From Camelus dromedarius (Eukaryota), in contig NC_087437.1 of assembly GCF_036321535.1 (NCBI RefSeq), forward strand, positions 105,898,001-105,962,000: a stretch of DNA of 64,000 nucleotides, given 5' to 3'. The translations under genes were made by a program, and so were the position numbers. Under the pieces are notes generated by a model. The model worked only from the letters and a program-made list of their open reading frames with translations. It had not been told where the DNA came from and searched no databases. Below, piece after piece: positions 50,173 to 63,544 of the stretch (its first letter is position 1; every line of letters begins with the position of its first letter).

Positions 50173-53100
50173 GCATTCTATGGCAAATTATGAATGTTAT
50201 ATTTGCAAACCACAAAACATGCTCTGTTCTCTGATAGAGAGCTGTTATTGTGTAAGGATCTCTGGAAATATAGGGTGAAGCCCAAGAGTGGACTCTGGAA
50301 GTGATGGAAAAACAGTAGAATGGAAATTATTTCTGTGGGGAGGATGCAGATGATGCTATGAAAGTGCCAAGTGTAGGCAAGCTTATCATCTACTGCAGAA
50401 CGGTCACGGGTGGGAAACAGGGACCATCATTCGAGCACAGCAAGGCAGCAAGCCACACCCACAGCCATTCCAGCAGGACTTGCTGAGCGAAACTCCAGTC
50501 CAGGCTCCACAGAGCTGTCTGCCTCAGCCCCACAGGGTAACACGAACTATGGCAATCAGTTCCATGCAATAGTGGGGTGGCTTTCATTGCCCATTTGAAT
50601 AAATTCCCAAATATTAAAAACAAGAATATGTTTTACTCTCTTGGAAAAAAGATACTATGTTCAAATATACTCTATAACAATATTTTGTAATCTATAATGA
50701 AAAAAGGCTCTGTTTCTTGATGCAAGCAGTCTTGGGGGTCTGAAAGATTCAACTGTCCTGATTATTTATAAGGGAAGTGGAAAGTATAAGGCCTTCAATG
50801 ACTTTTTGGTCACAACAGAGCCCTGAAGCACTGGTAATCGTCCATGGCAATAAAGACTTTGTCTTGACAGTTTACAGCTATTACGGTCATAAACTGGAAC
50901 AGAACCTACAACTGATTCAGTAAGGGACACGTATGTGAAGCCATTCCCTACTGCTGAGGGTTAAAGCTTTATCCTTTAACTGAAAACTCACAGAGGGCAT
51001 CACTTTCCTTTCAGTTCTGTAAGCACCATCATTCTCCTGCTCGAATGTTCCACCCTGAAGGCATCAGCTGTGCTCCTGATCTAGGAACTGTACAAGACAG
51101 GCACACTGAATTGGCCATAGAATTATCTCTTCTCATAGAGGAAGGTTGGTGGTGAACAAAAGAGTAGTGACTTGGCACAAGAGTCCCACCACTACCTCAC
51201 AAAAAAATTTAAATTAATGATTTTATTACCTCATCTGCAGCCACTGATGTTTCATAATTCTAAACCATATTTTCAGAAAAATTTCCATAATGGAATTACT
51301 GTAGTGCCAATTTTTCTTTAGTTGCTTTTGGTCCACAAAAGAACATAGTGGAAGACAGAACGCCACCTAAAGGAAGGACCCAGTCCAAGACAAACTAGAA
51401 TCATTACTTAAGACCTTGCATCTTCTCCATTGGTGTGGAATTCAACAGCTTGAGCAGTCAAAAGGGACAATTACAATATGAGAGAGAGAGAAAGGTTACA
51501 CTACATCTCTGTGGCTCAGGAATCACCAGAGGTCCCCAAAGGCAAAAGGTGATACCTCAACATGACATTTCAGAAGACCCACAAATCAGCCTTCTCGTAA
51601 CTCCCAACATCAGCTGTAACCAGGCCAGTCTGCACTGTTCTCAAGTTGTCCTGTGGTCAGGAGTAAACAACTCATCCGTGCTCCTGATTTTATCTTACTC
51701 GGGGTAGGGAACTCTTCTAGATGGAGGAATCCCAGCCTTTCCTCTCCCTCTCACTCACTCCTTTTCCCCAGTGGAGTAATTTACCCATTTCTGAGATTGG
51801 AAGGAGAAATCTGGCAGCCCCCTTCGGGCTCCTTTCCTCCCTTGACATGAGCCTACCTGCAGGAAACACACCTATTCCTCCTTACTTAAATGTTAAAGGG
51901 CTCTGCCCCAAAGTGAAGCAGCAGCAGAGTGAGATGGAGTAGAATGGAAGGTTGATCTTCGATGACTAGTCTGGGGATTTTCACTTTAGAAAACCCTTGA
52001 CCGCAGAAGGAGCATTTTTGTCCCCCTCTGCTTTACTACTGTCATATTTTTCAGTTGGTTCAGAACATACAGAGGGAGTAGGGGGGTGCTATCTCAGGCT
52101 CACCTCAAAGACCACAGAACTATATTTGCTTACAATTTCGTGTTCCCGGAGTTTCTGCCATCTGGAAGGCACTTCCTCATTCTTTTCACCTTTTCCAAAT
52201 CTATGCATCATTCAAGCTTTTTCTCAAGTCTTAATTTCAACCACAAAACTTTCCGCCGGGTAGCTGTGATCTTTAAATAATGCAGTATGTGTGAAAGCAT
52301 TGTGCCTGGAGGTACACACTAGGTGCAACTTTTCTTTTCTCGTCTTAGTCATTCAAGTCGGGGTTAATCTTCACCCTGCACTGCTGGTTTGAGTATCAAG
52401 TGGTGCACATTTCTAGAAACCGGTTTCATGGTAGACCCGAAGAGCCATAAAATTACCAGTGCCCTTTGAGTCAAAATTCTACTTCTGAGACTCTATGCTG
52501 AGTTAAAGCTTAAGCCAGAAAATATTTATATACCAAGATAAATGCTGTATTATGATCACTAAGGACATGACTAAGTAAATTATGGTACAGCCATATAATG
52601 GATTGTTATGCAACATTTACAATTATACTAGCAAGTTTTTAAAGGTGATACAAAGTATTTTATACTCCTTCATGATCTTGCCTCGGGGGTAACCATTCCC
52701 TTTCCTACAAAATAATGTAAAACTAAGTGTGTTGCTTTATTTTTCACTTTCATTCTTGTGTCACTTTTCAACATTGTATTTCAAGAAGATTTTTTAATAT
52801 TTTCTATCATCAGAATCATCATCATTATCATCATTTGAAAACATAAAATTGCATGTGCTGATGTTAGAAACATTGCATTATGAGGATTTCCTTAGACTCT
52901 GTCTTCTAGAAGTTTGCAATCCAAGGTAAATGATCATATCATATAGTAAAAACTCAATATGTATTTCTGGAGTAATTGAGTGAATGTTCTGGACTAGTGT
53001 ATAGAACAAAAGTCCAGGTATCAAATTAATATTCATGCAATAGCTGAATAAATAAAGGATTAATCAATCATCTCCTCTTTCTAATTGTATAGAAACCATC

Positions 53101-56100
53101 CATTGTTTCTCACTTTACTTCAGGAGACACTAATTCCCTGGCCCATGATCTTCCCAGCACTTGTTTTTTTGTTTGTTTGTTTCTCCTATATTCATTTCAG
53201 GGAATAATCATTCTTCAACCACCCATGATGTCTTTGGTGTTACCAGCTCCAAAGTATGAGATGGAACACAACTTTAGAATGAAGCAGGCAATCAGGAAAT
53301 TACCAGTCATGGGCATAGAAAACATTAACTTTCCCACTTCAGTATAGCTGCACCACCCTATTTACATATATTCAGTGCAAAACCCTTCTCTCCCTTGATG
53401 GCCCTCAGAAGCTGACAGGTCATTTATGTCCAGAATCTTTACATAAGTCGCTCTTGAGCCCAGATGTTAGAGAATCTTTTTTTCTTATCTTAGATGGAAC
53501 CCACATAGACAAAAATAATCACCCCTAGTAGCCAAGTAGCAAGTTCTCAGGTTATTATGAAATACGCATTATGAGACTTAAGTCCAAGCTTTAAAATATT
53601 GGAAAAGCTACTCACATTTGCCATAACCCTTCTTTACAAAGTGGTGACACTTTTATGAGTCATTTCAGTTGTAATGGTATCAAGTTGATGTTTGTCTTAG
53701 AACCTTTTATCTACACGTGAATGTAAGTGACCTCCAACATTGGTAAAGAATCAGACTATGACGGAAAAACACACTCACAAACATAATAATAAACTTTCTT
53801 AGTTTTATTAACCATGAATTACTGCACTACTTTTATCTCATTTGAACATTTTTACATTATTCTTGTATCTTCTCTTTGAATGCAAGTGTTTTTTAAATGG
53901 TATGTTGACCACTACCAACATAGGTCAGATGATAATGGCTAGATAATATGGCCCTGAGTTCTCACCCCTGCTGCAGTGCAGGTTTCACAGTGTCTGGCCA
54001 CCCACTCCCGTGTCAGGTTTACTTTTCTCTGCACCTAATCTCTCCTTGCTAGTTCATGTATTCTCCTAGATAGAACTGCATTAGTCATTAATATCCAATA
54101 ACCTAGAATTTTTTTTTTTCAGATAAAGGGCACTTCCTGGAAGATCAGAGCTTTTGACTGACTTGTATTTTCTATATGTTCAGGGTTTTGTAAAGTCTTA
54201 GAAAACCCTGACAAATCACCTTACGTATTTTCTATTGAATTACCAGAAAATTCAGTATACATAAAGAATGGTTTCCAAATTTTAATCCAATGAATTAATC
54301 TACAAAAACATCTTCAGTTTCTGAGGCCCCTCCAAAATCTGAGAAGCTGACTAATAATTATACATTTTGTACATTTTTTAAATTTTAAGGAAGCTATTTA
54401 CAAGACTTTCTTGGTCTTGAAAAAATTTTCAGGTAAGCAGAAAATATTTTCAGGTAAGCTTTATTAACATGAATTATTGGACCCTGACCATTCTTTTTGT
54501 GTTTCAGGTAGAGTGAGCTGAGATAGGAAAACATCACCTTTGGAACACACTGATACTAACCAAGTTCATGGAAGAATATATAAATCAGATACCAATCATT
54601 AATTTACCTTGAAAAGTTCAAGTAACCAAGGAAAGCAAATGCTTATATCCACTAAGCAGTAAACTACCTACCTGTGGGTGTAGATAGTCTATACTGAAAG
54701 ATAAATTGTTACCAGATTGCTTGGTGAGTATGGACACAAAGAAGGGAGAATGCGTTAGACGATCTTTATGTTGGTATCGTCAAGCAGTGACCACACCAAG
54801 TAACCTTTGATACATCAGTTCTTGAGTTCCTGAGTCAGATTCCTCTCTCTAACCAAAATGCTAGAGATACACTGAAAAGTTATGATTGCATTTCACTTTT
54901 CAAGACCAGTTTCTCAGTGTTCCTTCAGATCGAAAATATGCAATGGATTATACCTTGGTTTGTGTGAGTGTGTGTAGTTTGGTCAAGTTTGGTTTTTACA
55001 GACTTTTTCCAATCAAGTCTGTTCTTGCTGTACCATGCCATCTCTTTTTGGAAATGATGCAGGGATCCTTCTGTAGATGGCCTGCCCTCTTCCTTATATC
55101 AGTGGCTCTTAATTTATTTTGTACTTATTTATATCTCAGATACTCTTAAAGATATAATAACATTATAGACCACGTCCTAGAAAAACAAATATAGTACATG
55201 CACACAAAATTTTGTACATTCTTTAAAGTATTTGACAGGAATCTTAAAGGAATCTTAAATCTTGATTCCTGTACCACAGATCTGTCAAACTTGGGCCGTC
55301 TTACTTGTCCAGACCAGATCATGCTTATTCTTATACTCATTATTTTCAGAATGAGACAAAACTTCAGGACACAAAAAGGCAAGCATACAATTTGACTTCT
55401 ACATAATTAACCAAAAAAACAGTGCTGGGCCAAAGCCTAGATGTCTTCAAAAGGCAGATACGGTCAGAGGTGACACCCAGTCTAAGCTGCAGAGATGCCT
55501 TTGCGCATTTTGGAGCTGGAGATGAGCAAGCAACAGAGGTTTTATCTGCAGTTCCCAGCAAGGGAAGAAGCTGGTCTTAATCCTCTTTGCGCTTTGCTAC
55601 TAGCAGGAGTTGTGGGTCATGATGATTCACCTACCCTGGGACTCTAAGAAGCCAGGAGGGCAGGTTTTATCCTGTTCTGTGTAAAAATAGAAAGCAAACA
55701 GACACAATTTCTAAACAGAGATCGTTTTATCAGCAGTCAGCAGACAGTATATTTTCTCCTCTGCTGTTGTAGTAATTCAGCCTGTTTTTAGAAAGCACAC
55801 AAAGGCCTGGATGCATCCTGTTTCGGGAAATTAAGCAACAGTTTCTATCCCATTTATTTCCTAGGAAAAGGTAGTTTCAGGAGGTCTCCAGGCACATGCA
55901 GGAGACTTCTCGGGGTCTCCCACAAAGCCCTCCATGATGTAAGTTGATTTTTCTTAATTTCACTCAAAGACAATAGAAGTGTGGGGAATACCTTATTGCC
56001 AACGTTTTCCTTCTCTTCATTTTCCTTTTATGAATAAGTATTGGTAATATGTGAATGAATCATTTATTAATTTCAAAAAAAATGCCACCTAATTTACAAA

Positions 56101-58247
56101 TAGTTACATTAACAGCATTTTAGATGCTCATGTCATTCAAATAATTAATAATAAAACCTACATTTCTCTTCCCTTCGAATTACATTAAAAGTTATAAAAA
56201 GCCTTGGTGATAGGCATGTGGCGTAGGGCAATGAGGCAGATTTGTGACTCATTTGTAAACGCTTTTTAAAGGGCATCGTGTGGGATTTCTCTGCCTTTGT
56301 ATCACCTGTCACACTGTCTTATTTGTAGATTGTCGATTTACACTTGCGTTTATTTGGTAACTGGTATCTGTACCTCACCGACTTCATCTGTTTGGCCATG
56401 AATTCTGTCCCTACTCTTTCTTCCAGGGGTCAGAGAGCTATACAGTCCTTGTTCCACACTTGCGCTGGGTCTGATTTGTTATCCCTTTTTATTTGATGTG
56501 CTTCCCTTCCTTTTAACTTAGTAGGCCTAGTGGTTTTTAGGCACCCAATTACCTATTGTCTGTTCACCTGCACTTCTGTTGGATTAAACTACATGAAATT
56601 GACATTCGGGGGGTAAAATGGGGTAAAATGTTGGCAATTTAAGATGGGTCATCTACAATTGTTACATACATTTGGAAAAAAAATGCTGAAGAATTTTGTG
56701 AAACAAATATAGGCCAAATGCTTGACACATAAGGGCTTTTTTACACGTTATTTTTAAAATTATTATTATTAATTATCATTATCATTATTATTTAAACCAA
56801 TTCAATGTTGTCTATTAGAAGAGTCTGATATAATAATATCACAGGTATTCCTCTCGAGTGTGTGTGTACAATGCTTGAATAGCTATTTTAGATTGAGACC
56901 TCTGGGGATATAATTTAACATTCTTTGGTCATCCTAAACTTATTTTTAAATTGCTACATTTGAGTATTTATCATCTTCAGGCTACTTGTTCGATTATATG
57001 CAGTCATGTTCACAAACTAATGGGATCCTCTTTACAATAATATCCTTCAGGAACATGTAAGTTCTTAAGAAAATAAGTCCAAAGGAAATGTAAAGATCTA
57101 GATACATTAGGGATTCTAAGACATCACACTGCAAACATCAAATATTCTAGTTTATCATTATTCTATTCAAATTTACATGAATCAAATCTACAGGCAAAAT
57201 CTTCTTCAAATCCTTTTTGAATGACCCCCATGTTCTTAAGCTCTCTGTATTTCATTATAATTTTTTAAAATCAGTCTCAAAGGATTCAGAGGAGAAGTAG
57301 AATAAACAATTTTCTCACTGATGATTCTCTCTCATCCTGATCAGTTTCAGACCTTAGACTCATTGCAACTATTTATGTTGAGTTGATTTTGGCAAAAATT
57401 TTATTTAAAGGATAAAGTAATTTAAGGGCCAAATTAAAGGATTTGCTAAATCAACTGTGGACTTAATTTTTTTTATTTGAAACTTCAACAGTTGCTTCTG
57501 TTAATGAAGTATGGTCATAGAAAATGGGTGGCTTTGGAAACACACTTGTCATTGCCATAATTAATTCTCACTTGGAACAAGCACAACATTCATCACATTT
57601 TGATGGTACTCTAGCAGACTGTGTCAGAACAGAAGGAAGGCGTGATTGACAAAATGTTTATGTGACAGATACATTCACCATATAAATACACATCTGATGA
57701 ACTCGAAAATTAGCCTGCTGTCTGGAACAGTGGTGCCTATTTTAAAGGACCGACTTTGCAGAAAGGCTATTTTCCACTGCTCATTTCAGCTACAAAGAGA
57801 ATAGTAACATAAAGCTCATATACCAAAACAAAATGATTCGCTTTAGTCAACCATTTCAAACAACTGATGGCAGCAAATAGCAGGAAACTTAAGGCCAGAA
57901 CACTTAAACACTTAAATTCCAATAACATGCAAGAAGTGAATTTTTTCTTCAATGGGGGGTGGGGGCGGGAAGTCAAACATTTTTGTCTAATGCCAATATC
58001 TGTTGACATGTTCTACTGAATCTTTGATATTACTTTTTATTTGCCATTCAGGTATGCATCCTTATTTTTAACTATCTTAGTCTTTAAGATTAGCAATGCA
58101 CATGCGCTACTTGAGCTGTATTTCCAGTTCCCTGGATCCTTAGTTTCCTCTGATTCTTTTTCCTGCCTCTCCATTACACTTCCCAGAGGACAGCCCACCC
58201 CCTCCTGCTCCCTTATGCAATGCTCAGTCACCTTGTTCCTTAGCCTT

Positions 58248-58796
58248 CTTTATCATCTAGCTATTGCTGTGTAACAAACAATCTCAGAAATAAGTGACTT
58301 AAAATAATAATCACCTATTATAGTTCATGAATCTGTAGCTCATGGCTGAGTGGCTCTGCTGACCTAGGCCATGTCTGTTTACTGTCAGCTGGGATTATGT
58401 ATGTATGTGGAAGTCAGCTGTGGCCTGGATCTTCTAAGATTGGCTTACTCATACGTCTGGTACATGGTGGGTTGTTGGCTGGGGCAACAGGGGTGACTGA
58501 GTCACATGTCTCTCATCACCCAGTGGGCTAGTCTGGGCTTACCTTCACAGCAGCTGGGCAGGGAGCAAGCAGAATTTGCAAGATCTCCTGAAGCTTAAGC
58601 TTAGGACCTTAGAACTGGCGCAGTTCAGTTCTACCACATTTTTTTGGCCAAAGCAAGTCACAAGGCTATCCTAGACCCAAGACAAAGGGAACTAGACTTA
58701 ATCTCTTGCTGGAAGAAGCTGCAGTGTCACACAGCAAAATGCATAATACAAGAAGAAGGGAAGAATTAGGAACCTGTTTGCAATCACCCAAACACA
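58248..58796 (-). mobile_element. MLT1-type MaLR LTR
   Basis: agctattgctgtgtaacaaac...ttggccaaagcaagtcacaaggc...ctcttgctggaagaagctgca. Confidence 0.85.
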
Positions 58797-59645
58797 TCTC
58801 TCTACCACTATTCCAAATATGTTTACTCTACAATTTATTTTCTGTGTCTGTATTCCTATAAAACCAACTGGGCTTTGTTGAGTAACTTAACAACAGACAG
58901 AGAAAGCCGGGCTAGAAACCAAATCAAGGAACAAAGCCAAAAGGCAGAAGAAAAGTCATCATACTGTCAGTTTATTAGATGTGCATCTTCAACATTAAAA
59001 AAAGCAAAATAAAGCCGTCTTCATGCTACTATTTTTCAAGTGAGTCCTTATCATACTGTTGATTGTTTGGGACATGATCTTGGGTCTTGGAAAGTTTTTT
59101 GAAAAATATTTTTTAATGGAGGAAATTTTTACTTTGTAAAATCCTTCCATCTTTTAAAAGATTCTTTAGCTCATTGAATTGAACATAAAAGGAAGTATAA
59201 TGAAGCAGGGGAAATATATATAGATTTTGACATCAGATAGATATAAATTCAAATTTCACTTCTGCAATTCACTACCATATGACTTTGGTCAAATTGGCCA
59301 CTCTAACCTCATGTGCAGTAAAGTGAATATACATACTGGATATTGATCAAATTTCCTTTTTTCTAATGTATTAGTTTACTCTTTGACAGAAATAATAAGA
59401 AGAGGACAGGGAGGAACCCAGGGATATTCAGCCCAGAACTCTCTGATCTAATAAAGATTCTTAGGTCCCCACTTAAATGATGAGGGAAAAAAAATTACTC
59501 AGTTCACTAAAAATAAAAAGGCTTAATTGACATTCTTCATTTAGATTATCAACCTCATATTTAGCAAGTTGCATTAAATAATAGACTTTCTCCAAACATA
59601 TTTTCATGCATGAACGCTTGCATTTTCTTGGACTCAACTATCTTG

Positions 59646-59651
59646 TTTAAT
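59646..59651 (-). terminator. Candidate poly(A) signal ATTAAA for the KDEL-ending gene
   Basis: First ATTAAA/AATAAA found on the minus strand after the stop, ~320 nt downstream; an alternative AATAAA lies at 58971-58976. Confidence 0.3.
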
Positions 59652-59970
59652 CCACTATAAAAAAGATTATGTCAAAAGAAATACAAGACTTCAATCAAAC
59701 CTGTCTTTTAAATGAATAGTTTGCATCTCTGCTTTCATTAGGGTCTATATCTGTTAGCCACAGACTCCTGAATCCCTTGATAAGCCATGACAAAAATGTA
59801 CTGACAACTCAACACGGGTAGCAAAAGTAAACAAACAAATAATGATTTAGTGTTTCCCACAAGATTTTTTGCTACAGGGGAGAAGGAAACCAATCCCAAG
59901 GCCACTTAAAAGAAAGTTTGTTTGCATCTTCAGTGTCCGAAAGGAATAAACAAACCACTGTTTTATCAAG

Positions 59971-60167
59971 TTAGAGTTCATCTTTCACCATTTCATAGAA
60001 GTCTCCACTCTCTATGTCCCAAGAGTCCCAGTTACTACTGTGCAGCTCATGGATATTTTGAGGTGGTTCATTCTGTAAGATTCTTTCATTAATTTCAAAG
60101 AATTGATTTATCGGTACACTGTCTATCTCCTTTGCCAAGTTCAGTGACACCCTGTGATGCTTTTTCC
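59971..60167 (-). CDS. Putative last coding exon of an unidentified gene; C-terminus ends in the ER-retrieval signal KDEL
   Basis: Minus strand: acceptor gcgtttttcctctcctcacAG, then a phase-1 open frame KKHHRVSLNLAKEIDSVPINQFFEINERILQNEPPQNIHELHSSNWDSWDIESGDFYEMVKDEL-TAA; repeat-free context; candidate poly(A) signals downstream. Confidence 0.6.
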
Positions 60168-60972
60168 CTGTGAGGAGAGGAAAAACGCATTCCTGAAGGA
60201 ACTGAGGTCGAGAGCTCTAGTTTTCAGAGTGGTAGTCCCCAGGAAAAAAATTGCCTAGAAAGGATCAACAATCTTTAATTCTACCAGGAGTTTAATCTTG
60301 TAATGAAGCCTGAAAATTCCATTTTTGTTAATAGAAAAGGGACCAGCATGAAATGTAATGCACAGACCATGTCCACCGGCAGCTAGCACAGCCACACTGA
60401 GTCATCACAGACTCAGTGTAATGAAATTGATTTAATTATGTGGAAGAGAAGAGGGAGGGGATGAGCTGAACCAACAAAATGCAAGCAAGACACCCAACTC
60501 CAAATTGTGCGGCTGGTAGAGCAGAGAGATGCTTTCAGTGGAGAGCTGAGATGTTCCTTTTGGACTTTCCCATTCTCAGATGCCCTGTCTGGTAGCAATG
60601 CTAGTTTTACTGAAAAGCAACTGTCCCTTGCTGGATGGTCTAGACCACCAATTGTACCAATAGGGAAAACAATAAATGGCATGCTCATGCCTTTGGACCA
60701 CTCCTTAGTGGTCCTGGATGTCATTCTTGTGATCTAAAGCATCCTCCACTTAAAAGGTCCAGGGACATTTACCAAATGCTCATGGAGTCAGTCCTCACCT
60801 GTTTACCTTAGGATCACTTTGCTATCAAATTTTTAAAATAAAATAACACACATATATTCTTTATTGTGTGTGTATATATAATATATAAATATGTTATGTG
60901 ATATATAATCATTACATATATAGTAGTTATATAACAGTTACATAACATAAACAATAACTGTTATATAATATG

Positions 60973-60973
<1 letters not shown>

Positions 60974-61005
<32 letters not shown>
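60974..61005 (+). repeat. (TG)n microsatellite, about 16 units
   Basis: Directly visible, next to an AT-rich low-complexity tract. Confidence 0.95.
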
Positions 61006-61011
<6 letters not shown>

Positions 61012-62796
61012 AACTGAGTGAATAGGTTATACTTCAAACAGAAAGGGAGTGTAGCAGAGACTGGATTAGAGTCAGGAAATTTATTGCCAGCCCAGTTACC
61101 ATGGTGAATAGTTCACATCAGTTTATAGAGCTTTCTGAGTGATCTTGCTATATCCATAGATTTCTCATTTATAAAATTAAAGGATTGGCTGAGATCATCG
61201 ACAGAGCGTCTCAGGAATAAAATTCTCTGATCTAAGGTCATTCACCAGGAATCTACAAGTTATCTAAAGCCGCGGCCAGTATAACCAAAAGCAAAGCCTA
61301 AGTAGTTTTCTTAAGTTGTTTATAAACATAAACTAAGGGTACAGGCAAAAATTTGTGGCCATATCCAATATTCCATTCAAGAGCCCCACAGCAATTTGTT
61401 TTATCAAAAAATTACGTCTTCACAAAGATGTACTTCAAAGGTATTCCACTTAGAGTTCAGACTTTTTCTCATCCTCTAAATGTACTAGAATCAGAGAATA
61501 CATATGAAAATCGATCCGTATGCTTTTCATTCTTCCCTAGTTTATATACTTTGATTTTTTTTCTTACTCACTGATGTCCAGTGTGAATATAAGCATTAGT
61601 ACCTTACCCTTGGAATTCCACAGAATTAATGAACTGTTGCAATAGCCAATCATAATTTGAGTTTATAGTTCAGTGTCTTGTCAAGCTTATAATTATTTTT
61701 AGTGCAGATCTCCTAGTCCAGTAAGTGCCTTCACTATTCCTGGAGCTGAAGAAGCTCTTGGTCATGCAGAACTGGTTTGTCCTTCTTGGCTGCCTCTTGC
61801 AGTAAACATCCTTTTTGCTCTATTTTAATAGAGCTGCCTGCAGAAGGTCATTTATTAGGTAATCATTTGTCTGTGAAAAATCCTAATTACTCTATGTTTG
61901 TCAAAGGGAGGAAAATAGCATTGCCTTTGAATGTTGAATGAGGAGTAACCCAGCATGCAGATGAGTTAGTTCATCAGAAGGGTTTTTTTTTTTAATTGGC
62001 AAATAAGTAAATTTGTTAAGTGCACCTACACTTTGAGGGTTAAAAAGAAAAGATACACTGTCAGCTACAGTGAAGATAAAAAAAGCACAGAGTTGATGGT
62101 GTTATCAGTTTGGAGTTAAAGCAAAAGAAAAATAATTATGAATGCTACAGGAAGATGTTTTTTTCTGTGGAATCTTAGTGCCCCCTGCTGATCCTCAAAA
62201 AATGTTTTACATTCACAGTGGTTCATTTTGTTCTTTCTAGAGAGGTACTTTTTCTATTACAGTATTTCCGTTTCAAACCCAGAGAATCTGTCCTATTTAA
62301 GACTCCATCTCAGGAGTATCCGTGTCAGTTATCTGTGGCTTCCCATAGAAAGACAAGTGATGAATCAAAAATGCATGTTTACAACTGTCAAAAGATAGAG
62401 GGCCACGAGTTTGAAATTACAACCTGATATTGTAACAGACTGAACTTGTTAGTTAAAAACAATAGTCAAGTCATCACCACGTAGGAAAGAAGACCTTGAT
62501 AAAAGTGAAAATACATAATAAAATTATCAGGGACCAAACCCACAATACTGTTTCTGAATTGGATGCTTGTTGAAACAGACTGCTCAGGGTCACTCTAGTT
62601 CATCACCAGTCACAAGCACATCAGACATTAAGACACAGCCAGAGACCACACATTCTGCACAATATTCATTTTGTCTGGATTCTAGTCTTCTCTAGTGTAT
62701 TATCTCTGAGAGAAGTGTTACTATTCCTATCGGGGAGGTGAGGAAAATGACACTGAAAGCTAATGCAACTTGCTGAAACATTGTACAACCACTTAC

Positions 62797-62905
62797 TGGC
62801 AGAAAATCATCTTGGATTATTTTTAGAATGAAATGGGGTATAAATACATCTTCTACACTTATTTCCCACTTCAGTCCAGGTAATTTCAAAGCAACATACA
62901 GACAG
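62797..62905 (-). CDS. Possible internal exon (CLYVALKLPGLKWEISVEDVFIPHFILKIIQDDFLP)
   Basis: 109-nt open frame between a weak acceptor (tatttatAG) and a GTAAGT donor; ends in phase 0, so it cannot splice directly in frame to the phase-1 KDEL exon. Confidence 0.2.
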
Positions 62906-62984
62906 CTATAAATATTTCAGTATTTATCTCTAAACATAAGCTCTCTTTCAAAAAAAAAATTTAAAATAATGCAGAACAGAAATA

Positions 62985-63544
62985 TGTAACCGTGGTATCA
63001 ATATCCAGGCTCTCTCCATATATTAATCATGTCTTATATTTTCTATATTCTAAGGCTTTAACATCTGGGGACTTGCGGACTCTGGAGGGACTGCCCCTCC
63101 CAAGGTTAGTGAATTCCTAGAGATGGTAAACAATTCACTCATGAGTGTACTTTTCAAGTGTAAACCAACCCATCCAGAGCCCATAACCCCAACCACCTCC
63201 TTTCTGGGGCTATCACATGCTGGGTCACTACCCAGCTGCCCATCACTCCAAGGCCAGGGAACAGACAACCAGGGACAGCCCATATGCCCCAGAGTCCACT
63301 GAAATTTTTCAAACTGGCCAATCCCAAATGCACTTGCCTTGCCTGGTGCATTCTTTCCCTTGGAAACCACAATAAAGGCTCTGCCCACTGTTCCCCCTCT
63401 CCCTCTGCCTCCTGACTGACTCCAGTGCTTTCCCATCTCCCTTCTCTTGGGGTCTGTGGGTACAACAAATTGCCTTTTCATTAGCAGTTGTCTGCTGATC
63501 TGTTGGCTCACTCTACCTAAATAATTTTAAAACCTATTAAAACG
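62985..63544 (+). mobile_element. ERVL-class LTR (MER74/MER54-like)
   Basis: ggagggactgcccctccca...aattcctagagat...aaaccacAATAAAggctct...tctgctgatctgttggc motifs. Confidence 0.8.

Noticed and set aside
60413..60737. 103-aa minus-strand ORF near the KDEL exon as a possible bridging exon
   Set aside because: Weak acceptor, no good phase-1 donor, and the peptide is not recognisable; the 8-bp hairpin GGACCACT/AGTGGTCC inside it is too short to be meaningful.
61602..61850. Minus-strand donor at 61607 with upstream acceptors, and an 18-nt plus-strand microexon-like motif at ~61703-61720
   Set aside because: All minus-strand frames contain stops; the plus-strand motif has no partner exons.
63050..63511. 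153-aa and 104-aa ORFs
   Set aside because: Entirely within an ERVL-class LTR, antisense.
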